Shown: piece after piece, positions 55,725 through 64,000 of the stretch
How positions within the stretch are numbered: the stretch's first letter is position 1
How the letters are laid out: every line of letters starts with the position of its first letter
Assembly (NCBI GenBank): GCA_041746255.1
Contig: JBGTHM010000099.1
Location: 1-64,000 of the forward strand
Origin: Fibrobacteria bacterium
GTDB taxonomy: Bacteria; Fibrobacterota; Fibrobacteria; UBA11236
Direction: 5' to 3'
DNA: 64,000 nucleotides
The notes under the pieces: model-generated
The model's input: only the letters and a program-made list of their open reading frames with translations
Told to the model about the DNA's origin: nothing
Database searches by the model: none
Translations under genes and position numbers: made by a program

Positions 55725-57429
55725 ATCGCCCTTTCGCCGGAAAAAGGCCGGAGGGTTTTTGTTGCAGGAAAAAAATGACCAAGACCAGCAAAGTGACTTT
55801 GGCGTATACGGCTTGGAGGTAGGGCTCCATGAATTTATTGAGAAGGCCGATTCCCAGTCCGGAAAATAAGGCTCCCGTCAATTTCCCAACACCCCCGGTA
55901 ACCACCACCAAAAACGAATCCACGATATAGTTTTGCCCCATTCCCGGATCCACGTTGCCGACCTGGGTCATGGCCCAGCCCGCAACGCCCGCGATACCGG
56001 TTCCCAGTGCGAAAGTCAAGGTGTCGATACGGCGAGTATGAATGCCCAAGCAAGAGCTCATGGCGCGATTCTGGGTGACGGCGCGAATGCGCATGCCTAG
56101 CCCGGTGCGATAGAAAAGTATGGCCATGCAGAGTACGATGGTTGCGGTTAATGCGATTATGAAAAGGCGATTGTAGGGAAGGACTACGGTGGGAAAAATC
56201 TCCCAGCCTTGTGACAACAAAGCTGGCGTTGACACGGAGGTAAGATCCCCGAAGATGTGGCGCGCGCCCTGGATTAATAATAGGCTTACTCCCCAAGTCG
56301 CCAGAAGGGTTTCCAATGGCCTTCCATATAAGCGTCGGATGATGAGAAATTCCACCAGCATGCCCATGCCGGCTGCCACCAAAAAAGCTGCGGGTAGGGA
56401 GGCGGGGAAAAACCACCCGGAATAGGATGCGGGTAGGTAGCGGGTGAATAACTCCTGTACAACAAAAGTGGCATACGCTCCTATCATCATAAACTCGCCA
56501 TGCGCCATGTTGATTACGCCCATGAGCCCGAATATCACGGCCAATCCCAGGGCCATGAGTATGAGGATGGAACCGAGGCTGATTCCGGAAAAGAAATTCT
56601 GTATCGCACCGGTAACCTGGGTCCATGAGTTGATACGGGCAAGACTGCGATTTATCGCATCACGCACCGCGCTTTCCGCTTCAGGGTAGGTCCCCTCTCC
56701 GTCTTGCGTCACTCGAAATTTCAAATCGGAAACGGCATGCACTGCGTGGATTTTTCCCAGACCCTCGGCCGCGGCCAGGCGCTCCATGGGATTTTCGGAA
56801 GCAAGCCGCAGCCGGAAAAGGGATTCCTGCAAGGTATGCGCCACGGATTTATCCGTTTCCCTGGTCAGGGCATCTTCAAGCATGGGGATGGTTTGTGCCT
56901 CGCCCAACGAAGCCAGGTTGCGGGCAGCCTGCTTACGCAAATCGGATGCTGGGCTGCGTAATTGCATGGAAGTCAGGAAAGGTTGAATTACCGCTCTCAT
57001 GGCTCGATTGGTTTCGAACTCCACCAAATCATCGGGCGCTTGTAGGAGAATTTCTCCGTCCGATGCGGTTATGGGAGTGAAGGGGTAGGGCATATAAAGA
57101 GGCACCCAAAGGGCATCGTCCTGGATCATTTCGGCACCCGCAACGACCAGCAACGGAGCATCACCCTCAATAGGCGAATACCAATAAACGGATCCCTTAT
57201 AGACAGCTTCCAAAAAGGGATGTAATTGGGGGTCTCCCATTGCGGACAAGTCTTCGATGGCTCCGAGAGCCTGGTCCTCCTCACCATGCAAGGATTGAAA
57301 GATGGAGTCGATATGGGAAGTTCGCGAAGAATTCCCGCTAGGGAGTAAGGAACTCTCCCCGGCCATGCTTGGGTTGCCTGCGAATAATAGGATTACCCAG
57401 GCCAGGGATATAAGGATCATCGGCGACAT
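55711..57429 (-). CDS. urtB: Urea ABC transporter permease with N-terminal periplasmic HEAT-like extension
   Basis: FGLMGVINMAHGEF, LYGRPLETLLATWG, RAVTQNR, YIVDSFLVVVTGGVG. Confidence 0.92.
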   Translation of the reverse strand: MSPMILISLAWVILLFAGNPSMAGESSLLPSGNSSRTSHIDSIFQSLHGEEDQALGAIEDLSAMGDPQLHPFLEAVYKGSVYWYSPIEGDAPLLVVAGAEMIQDDALWVPLYMPYPFTPITASDGEILLQAPDDLVEFETNRAMRAVIQPFLTSMQLRSPASDLRKQAARNLASLGEAQTIPMLEDALTRETDKSVAHTLQESLFRLRLASENPMERLAAAEGLGKIHAVHAVSDLKFRVTQDGEGTYPEAESAVRDAINRSLARINSWTQVTGAIQNFFSGISLGSILILMALGLAVIFGLMGVINMAHGEFMMIGAYATFVVQELFTRYLPASYSGWFFPASLPAAFLVAAGMGMLVEFLIIRRLYGRPLETLLATWGVSLLLIQGARHIFGDLTSVSTPALLSQGWEIFPTVVLPYNRLFIIALTATIVLCMAILFYRTGLGMRIRAVTQNRAMSSCLGIHTRRIDTLTFALGTGIAGVAGWAMTQVGNVDPGMGQNYIVDSFLVVVTGGVGKLTGALFSGLGIGLLNKFMEPYLQAVYAKVTLLVLVIFFLQQKPSGLFPAKGRYEEG

Positions 57430-57449
57430 GGTGTGGGCCCCGTGCAATC

Positions 57450-57478
57450 GTGTACCGCCCGGTAATTAGGCGGTACAC
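57450..57478 (-). promoter_or_regulatory. Stem-loop after the solute-binding protein gene (probable mRNA-stabilising hairpin)
   Basis: 10-bp stem GTGTACCGCC / GGCGGTACAC between urtA and urtB, without a U-tract. Confidence 0.5.
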
Positions 57479-57495
57479 TGTGGAAAAGAGGAGGT

Positions 57496-58794
57496 TTATT
57501 TAGTGGCTTTGGTATAGGTTCCTTGATGATTCACGTGATCGCAGCTTTTATCGGGGCTGGTATACATCGACCAAGGCTCCGGATTGACCAGCCCTTTGGA
57601 TTTCCATACGACTTTGAATTGCCCATCTTTTCTGATTTCACCGATATAAACGGGCTTGGCCAAATGGTGATTGTTGGCATCCATTTGAACTTTGCCGCCG
57701 GGGGCGTCGTTCATGAGCCCGTATAGAGCGGGACGGACTTTGTCGACGTCGAAGGATTTGGCTTTTTCGACGGCGTCTTTCCAGAGGTAAACTCCGACAT
57801 AAGACCAGTGAATCGGGTCGCCTGTGACGCGATTGGCTCCGCCCGGAAGTTTATTCTTGACCGCGAAAGCTTTGAAATTCTTGGTGAAGCGGGCGTTTTC
57901 GGGAGTCTTTACCGATTGGAAATAATTCCAAGCTGCGAGATGGCCTACGAGAAATTCGGTATCCATCGAACGCAATTCGTCTTCGGCTACCGAAAAAGCC
58001 ATGATGGGCACCATGGAAGAGGTTAGGCCCTGGTTCGCGAACTCTTTATAAAAGGGAACGTTGGAGTCGCCGTTGATGGTGGAGAGTACCGCGGTTTTTC
58101 CGCCAGCGGAAAATCTCTTGATCTTCTGTACTATAGTCTGATAATCCTGGTGGTGGAAGGGCGTATACTCCTCCACGATATCCGATTCAGGAATTCCCTT
58201 AGCCAATAAAAAGGCTTTCAAGATTTTATTAGCTGTACGCGGAAAAACATAATCCGTTCCCAAAAGGTAGAAGCGTTTATAATCGCCTCCTTCCTTGCTC
58301 ATCAAATACTCAGCCGCGGGAATCAACTGTTGATTGGGAGTGGCGCCGGTATAGATGACATTACGGCTGCATTCCTCTCCTTCGTATTGGACGGGGTAAA
58401 AGAGTAAGCCATTATTGTTTTCGAAAACCGGCAGCACGGATTTTCGGGAAACCGAGGTCCAGCAGCCGAATACCACGGAGACTTTGTCCTGTAACAGCAG
58501 GCGTTTGGACTGTTCTGCGAACAAATCCCAATCCGAAGCGGGATCCACCACCACCGGGTCAATTTGCTTTCCGAGCACGCCGCCTTTGGCATTGATTTCT
58601 TCCACGGCCATCAAAACCACGTCGCGTAAAGAAACTTCCGAGATTGCCATGGTACCGCTCAGGGAATGCAGCACTCCAATCTTGACTTTTTCTACGGCTT
58701 TTTTTTCAGCTTGGGCGCCCCAAGGCAAGGCCAGGCCCGCGATGAGCGATAACCCGCGGGCGGTTCGAAATAGTGGTGTTTTCCAATTTAACAT
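57496..58794 (-). CDS. urtA: Urea ABC transporter substrate-binding protein
   Basis: KIGVLHSLSGTMAISE, FGCWTSVSRKSVLP, FYPVQYEGEE, GTDYVFPRTAN, TINGDSN. ATG at 58794 follows GGAGG. Confidence 0.95.
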   Translation of the reverse strand: MLNWKTPLFRTARGLSLIAGLALPWGAQAEKKAVEKVKIGVLHSLSGTMAISEVSLRDVVLMAVEEINAKGGVLGKQIDPVVVDPASDWDLFAEQSKRLLLQDKVSVVFGCWTSVSRKSVLPVFENNNGLLFYPVQYEGEECSRNVIYTGATPNQQLIPAAEYLMSKEGGDYKRFYLLGTDYVFPRTANKILKAFLLAKGIPESDIVEEYTPFHHQDYQTIVQKIKRFSAGGKTAVLSTINGDSNVPFYKEFANQGLTSSMVPIMAFSVAEDELRSMDTEFLVGHLAAWNYFQSVKTPENARFTKNFKAFAVKNKLPGGANRVTGDPIHWSYVGVYLWKDAVEKAKSFDVDKVRPALYGLMNDAPGGKVQMDANNHHLAKPVYIGEIRKDGQFKVVWKSKGLVNPEPWSMYTSPDKSCDHVNHQGTYTKATK

Positions 58795-58849
58795 AGGTGT
58801 TCCTCCTGAGTGGAATGTGATGACGATTCTGAAATCCTCTTCAAGAAAC

Positions 58850-58866
58850 AGCAATTCCAGTGCCAC
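58850..58866 (-). promoter_or_regulatory. Sigma-54 promoter of urtABCDE
   Basis: Minus strand GTGGCACTGGAATTGCT, matching TGGCAC-N5-TTGC. Confidence 0.85.
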
Positions 58867-59072
58867 GGACTGAAAAATTTCTGCCTGCACAATTGCAGCG
58901 AATTTCCGTACAAGTGGCAAACAATTTCCAGGAGAATGGACGAGAGTGTAAATTAGTGGCAGGGCTTGTAACGTCGTATCATCTCTTGGCAGTAAATGTC
59001 TCTTTTTGGAAAGCACCCGCAGTTGCTTAGGGGGCCCTAACTCAGCAAGTCACTCATTCCGGTTGGGATTAT

Positions 59073-59089
59073 CTGGCACTATTTTTGCA
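59073..59089 (+). promoter_or_regulatory. Sigma-54 promoter of the urease operon
   Basis: CTGGCACTATTTTTGCA, matching TGGCAC-N5-TTGC, about 40 bp before ureD. Confidence 0.85.
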
Positions 59090-59127
59090 AACGATGAGAT
59101 AGTGAATAAGCAACAACTCATCGCATT

Positions 59128-59973
59128 ATGGTAGTGGCAACCCTTCCGAAAGCGACGCGGTTGCGGGTTGAAAAAGTAAGGGGACTCTCGCGTCTAGTAC
59201 TCCATAGCGAGCAGCCCCCCGTCAAAGCCTTGTCTCCGCGGAACCGTACCGGAGCCGCCCGGATCGTTTTAAGCAGCTATGGCGGCGGTATCGTCCAGGG
59301 GGATCATGCGCGGGTAGAGTTGGAATGCGGCGTGGGAGCCGGTGTTTTTCTGGGGACGCAATCCTCTACTAAAATCTATCCCACTCCCGAGCGATCCAGC
59401 GGTCAAACTTTTCACGGTACGGTCCATGCTGCCGGACTGATAGTCTCCTGGCCAGATCCAATCGTTCCCTATGCGGGAAGTCGGTTTAATCAAAACCAGG
59501 TTTGGCGGGTTGAGTCGGATGGCAATTTGTTGGCGGCTGATTGGCTGCAACCGGGACGGGAAGCCAATGGTGAAAGGTTCCGCTATGAAAGGTTCACAAG
59601 CGATACCTCGATTCGTTTGGCGGGGGAGTTGGTCATTCATGATCGCTTCGAATTTCGCCCGGGGGTGCAAAACCCGCGAAGTCCGGCCCATTTCGGCGGA
59701 TTCGGAGGAATGCTTAACATCTATATAGTGGGGGATAGGTTGTGCGGAAATATGCGGGAGCTTGAAGGGCCTTTGCTTGCGTGTAACCGACCGGTTAGTC
59801 CGGGATCTCCAGCCCGCCTGTTGGTGACTTTCTCCGCGCTTCGTCCCAATGTTTTTTTAGTGCGCGCCCTGGGCATCGCGAAAGCCGATCTCGATCCGTT
59901 GGCGGACTTGATTTGTGCGCAGTTGGCCAGGCCGGAACTCTTAGGATTCAATCCCCTGGAAAGGAAATGGTAG
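59128..59973 (+). CDS. ureD: Urease accessory protein UreD
   Basis: YGGGIVQGD, TQSSTKIY, PDPIVPYAGS, GREANGERF. Confidence 0.9.
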   Translation: MVVATLPKATRLRVEKVRGLSRLVLHSEQPPVKALSPRNRTGAARIVLSSYGGGIVQGDHARVELECGVGAGVFLGTQSSTKIYPTPERSSGQTFHGTVHAAGLIVSWPDPIVPYAGSRFNQNQVWRVESDGNLLAADWLQPGREANGERFRYERFTSDTSIRLAGELVIHDRFEFRPGVQNPRSPAHFGGFGGMLNIYIVGDRLCGNMRELEGPLLACNRPVSPGSPARLLVTFSALRPNVFLVRALGIAKADLDPLADLICAQLARPELLGFNPLERKW

Positions 59974-59979
59974 AGAAGA

Positions 59980-60771
59980 ATGCATCTAACCCCCAAAGAA
60001 CTGGAAAAATTGATGCTGCATGGCGCGGGCTTTCTGGCGCAAAAGCGTCTTTGGCGAGGCTTGCGTCTTAATTATCCCGAAGCCACCGCTTTATTGGCCA
60101 CTCAATTGCTGGAGTTTATCCGGGACGGCGAAACAGTGGCCGAGCTGATGGAAAAAGGCAAGCGCCTGCTGGGTTTCGCGGATGTACTGCCGGGTGTGGC
60201 GGATATGCTTGAAGATGTGCAGGTGGAAGGCACCTTTCCCGACGGCGTCAAGCTGGTTACCGTGCATTTTCCGATTTGTACCGATAATGGCGACCTTGAC
60301 TTGGCATTATATGGTTCGGGCTTGATTCCGAACCCAACAACTTTCGAAAAACGCTATTCAGGAGCCTACAATGAAACGGAAGGTTTAGAAACAGTGCCAG
60401 GCGATCAATCCCTTATGGAAGGCTACCTTGAGCTCAACGAAGAGCGCGAGGTGCTAAGCCTGGCTGTTACCAACACCGGCGACCGGCCGGTTCAAGTGGG
60501 ATCGCATTATCCGTTCTTCGAGGTCAATGCGGCCTTGCTCTTCGATCGGGCGCGGGCATTGGGTTTTCGATTGAACATTCCCAGCGGGACGGCGGTTCGA
60601 TTCGAACCGGGTGAAGCCAAAAAGGTGGAACTGGTGGCCTTGGCCGGTGAACGGCTCATCTACGGAGGAAATGGTTTGATTCAAGGCGCCTGGAATGCGG
60701 AGGATGCGGAGAAACTGGCCGATGCCGCGCAACAGCAGGGCTTCCGGCATGAAAAGGAGGGGAGGGAATGA
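59980..60771 (+). CDS. ureAB: Fused urease gamma+beta subunit
   Basis: Gamma part [34 protein letters not shown]; beta part [36 protein letters not shown]; one ORF. Confidence 0.95.
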   Translation: MHLTPKELEKLMLHGAGFLAQKRLWRGLRLNYPEATALLATQLLEFIRDGETVAELMEKGKRLLGFADVLPGVADMLEDVQVEGTFPDGVKLVTVHFPICTDNGDLDLALYGSGLIPNPTTFEKRYSGAYNETEGLETVPGDQSLMEGYLELNEEREVLSLAVTNTGDRPVQVGSHYPFFEVNAALLFDRARALGFRLNIPSGTAVRFEPGEAKKVELVALAGERLIYGGNGLIQGAWNAEDAEKLADAAQQQGFRHEKEGRE

Positions 60772-62483
60772 AGCTCAATCGACAAGGTTATGCGGATATG
60801 TACGGCCCCACCACCGGGGATTGTATCCGCTTGGCGGACACGGAATTATTCATCGAAGTCGAAAAAGATTTCGCCGTATACGGGGAAGAATGCAAATTCG
60901 GCGGAGGCAAGGTGCTGCGCGACGGCATGGGGCAAGCCGCCGGGGCGATACCGGAAAGCGCGCTCGATTTGCTCATCACCAACGCCCTGGTGGTGGACTA
61001 TACCGGAATCTACAAGGCCGATATCGGAATCAAGCACGGACGGATCGCCGCCATCGGCAAAGCCGGAAACCCGCATACCATGCCGGGAGTGACTCCGGGT
61101 ATGCTGGTGGGGCCTACCACCGAGGTGGTGGCCGGAGAAGGGCAAATCGTGACCGCGGGCGGCATCGATTGCCACATTCATTTCATTTGCCCCCAACAAA
61201 TCGACGAAGCCCTGGCCTCGGGAATAACGACCATGCTTGGTGGTGGAACGGGTCCGGCCACCGGAACCAATGCCACCACTTGCACCCCCGGCGCAATCCA
61301 TATCGAAATGATGTTGCGCGCCACCGATGCTTACCCGCTCAATTTCGGATTTTTCGGAAAAGGCAACTCGTCGCTTCCCGGCGGTTTGCCCGAGCAGGTT
61401 GAGGCCGGCGCCATCGGACTGAAGTTGCATGAGGATTGGGGCACCACGCCGGCCGCCATCGATTGCTGTCTTTCTGTGGCGGAAGCTTACGACGTGCAAG
61501 TGGCCATTCACACCGACACCCTGAATGAATCGGGATTCGTGGAAGCCACCATCGAGGCTTTCAAGGGCCGGACCATCCATACCTTCCACACCGAAGGCGC
61601 GGGCGGGGGGCATGCGCCCGATATCATACGGGTTTGCGGATTGCCCAACGTGCTACCTTCCTCCACTAACCCGACCCGGCCATATTCGGTAAATACCATC
61701 GACGAACATCTCGACATGCTCATGGTCTGCCATCACCTCGATAAGAATATTCCCGAGGACGTGGCCTTCGCCGAGAGCCGCATACGCGGGGAAACCATCG
61801 CCGCCGAGGATATTCTGCATGATATGGGAGCCATATCCATCATGGCGTCCGATTCGCAGGCCATGGGCCGTGTCGGAGAAGTGGTTTTGCGTACCTGGCA
61901 AACAGCCCATAAAATGAAAGTGCAGCGCGGCGCGCTGGAATCGGATAGGCAGTCGATCCGAAAAAGCGATAACTTTCGGGTCAAGCGGTATATCGCCAAA
62001 TACACTATCAATCCCGCCTTGGCCCATGGCATCGCCCATGAGGTCGGCTCCGTAGAGGTCGGCAAGTTGGCGGACCTAGTCCTGTGGAAGCCCGCCTTTT
62101 TCGGTATCAAACCGGAAATGGTGCTCAAAGGCGGAATCATTGTCCAGGCGCAAATGGGCGATCCCAATGCCTCCATTCCCACACCGCAGCCTTCGTTTTC
62201 CCGCCCGATGTTCGGAGCGATGGGTAAGGCGCCGGCCCGCAACTCCCTCGCTTTCGTCTCGCAAGCCTCGCTGCCGAAAGTTGAATCCGAATACCATCTC
62301 GGCAAACGCGCGGTTGCGGTTCGGGGCTGTCGAAACCTCGGGAAAAAGGACATGGCGCTTAACGATGCCATGCCCCATATCGAGGTCAATCCGGAAACCT
62401 ACGTAGTCAAGGCCGACGGTGAGAGGCTGACCTGCGAACCCGCGGAACGCCTTCCGCTCAGCCGACTGTATTCCTTTTTTTGA
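60768..62483 (+). CDS. ureC: Urease alpha subunit
   Basis: [48 protein letters not shown]. Confidence 0.98.
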   Translation: MKLNRQGYADMYGPTTGDCIRLADTELFIEVEKDFAVYGEECKFGGGKVLRDGMGQAAGAIPESALDLLITNALVVDYTGIYKADIGIKHGRIAAIGKAGNPHTMPGVTPGMLVGPTTEVVAGEGQIVTAGGIDCHIHFICPQQIDEALASGITTMLGGGTGPATGTNATTCTPGAIHIEMMLRATDAYPLNFGFFGKGNSSLPGGLPEQVEAGAIGLKLHEDWGTTPAAIDCCLSVAEAYDVQVAIHTDTLNESGFVEATIEAFKGRTIHTFHTEGAGGGHAPDIIRVCGLPNVLPSSTNPTRPYSVNTIDEHLDMLMVCHHLDKNIPEDVAFAESRIRGETIAAEDILHDMGAISIMASDSQAMGRVGEVVLRTWQTAHKMKVQRGALESDRQSIRKSDNFRVKRYIAKYTINPALAHGIAHEVGSVEVGKLADLVLWKPAFFGIKPEMVLKGGIIVQAQMGDPNASIPTPQPSFSRPMFGAMGKAPARNSLAFVSQASLPKVESEYHLGKRAVAVRGCRNLGKKDMALNDAMPHIEVNPETYVVKADGERLTCEPAERLPLSRLYSFF

Positions 62484-63187
62484 TGACAGGCGGCGAAGTG
62501 AAGACCCTGGGTTGGATGGAATTATTGCAACTGGCGGATTCGGCCTTGCCGGCCGGCGGATTCGCTTTTTCCAACGGATTGGAAAGTCTGGCCAAGTTGG
62601 GTCAATTGCCCTCGCTATCCGCTTTCGAAGCGTATCTGCAAAGTTACCTGGAGCAGGTTGTGCAAGGTGAGCTGGCTTTTCTTAATTCCTTTATGCGTTC
62701 CTATCGTGGCGAGGATGGTGAGCCGCTAGCAATTGTGGCCGAAGAATGGAACGCCTTTCTGACTGCGCCTTCCTCGCGCCGCGCCAGTCTGTCGCAGGGC
62801 CGTGCTTGGTTGCAACTCGCAAAAGTGTTCGACCCAGCCGCCGAAACCGAGGTGCGTGAACGGCTGTCCCAAGCCGGGAATGAGTCGCAGTTCCATTTTC
62901 TCCCGGTCTTCGCCTTGGTGTTGGCGGCCCTGGGAGCGTCCGGGTCGCAGGTCCGCACTTTGTTTCTGCATATTTCCCTGAGGGACCAGATCAGTTCGGC
63001 TATCCGGCTGGGCCTCGTGGGTTCGCTGCAGGGCCAGGCTTTGCATCGGAATCAGGTGAACCTGTGTGTCACCCTGGAGCGGAATTCGGAAAGCCTCGAT
63101 TTCCGTCAGGCTGTCAAATCCACACCATTATTGGAACTGGCCCAAAATCACCACGAAAGATTGTATTCCCGTCTCTTTCAGAGCTGA
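62483..63187 (+). CDS. ureF: Urease accessory protein UreF
   Basis: LLQLADSALPAGGFAFSNGLE, SSAIRL, HERLYSRLFQS. Confidence 0.93.
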   Translation: MTGGEVKTLGWMELLQLADSALPAGGFAFSNGLESLAKLGQLPSLSAFEAYLQSYLEQVVQGELAFLNSFMRSYRGEDGEPLAIVAEEWNAFLTAPSSRRASLSQGRAWLQLAKVFDPAAETEVRERLSQAGNESQFHFLPVFALVLAALGASGSQVRTLFLHISLRDQISSAIRLGLVGSLQGQALHRNQVNLCVTLERNSESLDFRQAVKSTPLLELAQNHHERLYSRLFQS

Positions 63188-63233
63188 CGGTAGATAGTCG
63201 CCCTTTCCCCATTGCTTACAAGGAGAAAATTCC

Positions 63234-64000
63234 ATGCCTTCATCCCAACACGAAGAAAACGGCCACGAGCATTATCACCCGGAAACCGGTATGCACCGGC
63301 ATCACCATGGCGAAGGCGGGCATACCCATGAGCCACTAGATTCTCCCGGCGATTTCAACCTTCGTGAACTGTCCAAACCCGACAGGGATTATCGCAGTCG
63401 GGCCTTCACCATCGGCATCGGCGGCCCGGTAGGCTCCGGGAAAACCGCATTGTTAAAAGCACTGTGCGAGTCGCTGCGCGAGAAATACAGTCTTGGAGTG
63501 GTGACGAATGACATTTTCACTCGCGAAGACGGTGAATTTCTGGTAAGAAACAAAGCGCTGTCCGAAGACCGTATCACGGCGGTGGAAACGGGCGGCTGCC
63601 CGCATGCCGCCATTCGCGAGGATGTCTCACTCAACATGGCCGCTCTGGAGGATATGATGGCCAAGCATAAGGGACGGATCGATTTGCTTTTCGTAGAAAG
63701 CGGCGGCGACAACCTTGCGGCTCATTTCGGAAGGGAGCTTGCCGATTACACCGTTTATGTCATCGATGTTTCGGGGGGCGATAAGGTCCCTCGCAAAGGC
63801 GGACCGGGGATTACCCAGGCAGACCTGCTCGTCATAAACAAAACCGATTTGGCCACCTTTGTCGGAGCCGACTTGTCGGTGATGGACAGGGATGCGAAAC
63901 GTATGCGGGGAGAAGGGCCTGTGATATTCGCCCAGGCGAGCCATGGAAAAGGTGTGGCTGAGATTCGCGAGCATATTCTTGCGGGATGGCGGGTAGCAAC
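63234..64000 (+). CDS. ureG: Urease accessory GTPase UreG with His-rich N-terminal extension (runs off the window end; absent from the ORF track)
   Basis: Hand translation from the ATG at 63234 (RBS AAGGAG): [102 protein letters not shown]. Confidence 0.95.
   Translation, partial: MPSSQHEENGHEHYHPETGMHRHHHGEGGHTHEPLDSPGDFNLRELSKPDRDYRSRAFTIGIGGPVGSGKTALLKALCESLREKYSLGVVTNDIFTREDGEFLVRNKALSEDRITAVETGGCPHAAIREDVSLNMAALEDMMAKHKGRIDLLFVESGGDNLAAHFGRELADYTVYVIDVSGGDKVPRKGGPGITQADLLVINKTDLATFVGADLSVMDRDAKRMRGEGPVIFAQASHGKGVAEIREHILAGWRVA

Noticed and set aside
56600..57429. Long N-terminal domain on UrtB as a novel fusion
   Set aside because: Periplasmic HEAT-like extensions are common in UrtB proteins.
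58795..59016. Extended urtA start
   Set aside because: Would run through the sigma-54 promoter; the ATG at 58794 has a GGAGG RBS and a signal peptide.
1..64000. CRISPR arrays, rRNA, prophage or defence genes
   Set aside because: No regularly spaced repeats, rRNA-like tracts, or cas, phage or restriction-type ORFs were recognised.

Overview
Bacterial chromosomal window with a Gram-negative envelope. PorV-like, Wzi and SurA genes, the mfd-PPIase-surA order and a short basic C-terminal sorting-like tail suggest an FCB-group organism, possibly Fibrobacterota (inference only). From left to right it holds: (1) the end of an IS21-type element beside a TetR regulator; (2) mtgA, DUF2797, Spx/ArsC, PAP2 and a spore-photoproduct-lyase-like radical SAM gene; (3) a 1673-aa secreted mosaic protein (2x malectin, lectin sandwich, PKD, PA14-like, IPT, PQQ-type propeller, IPT, Kelch); (4) rhodanese, a stand-alone Cys-free rpsD and a second PQQ-type propeller protein; (5) a minus-strand housekeeping run mfd-PPIase-surA-MTase-ftsE-aroA-dacB::DUF1460-fur; (6) tRNA-Lys; (7) a Wzx/Wzy polysaccharide locus with five glycosyltransferases, three methyltransferases and an acyltransferase; (8) a TtpB-TtpC-ExbB-ExbD-TonB-TPR cluster whose stop/start overlaps continue into Wzi and a Wza-like exporter; (9) xylA, bfd and tRNA-Pro; (10) a nitrogen-scavenging block with two amt genes (no glnK), urtABCDE and a urease operon, carrying three sigma-54 promoter motifs. 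The most notable signals are the plant/fungal-like urease system (gamma-beta fusion with a eukaryote-like linker, His-rich UreG, no ureE) and the TonB-type motor coupled to capsule export/anchoring genes. All calls come from motif recognition by eye; no database searches were run.
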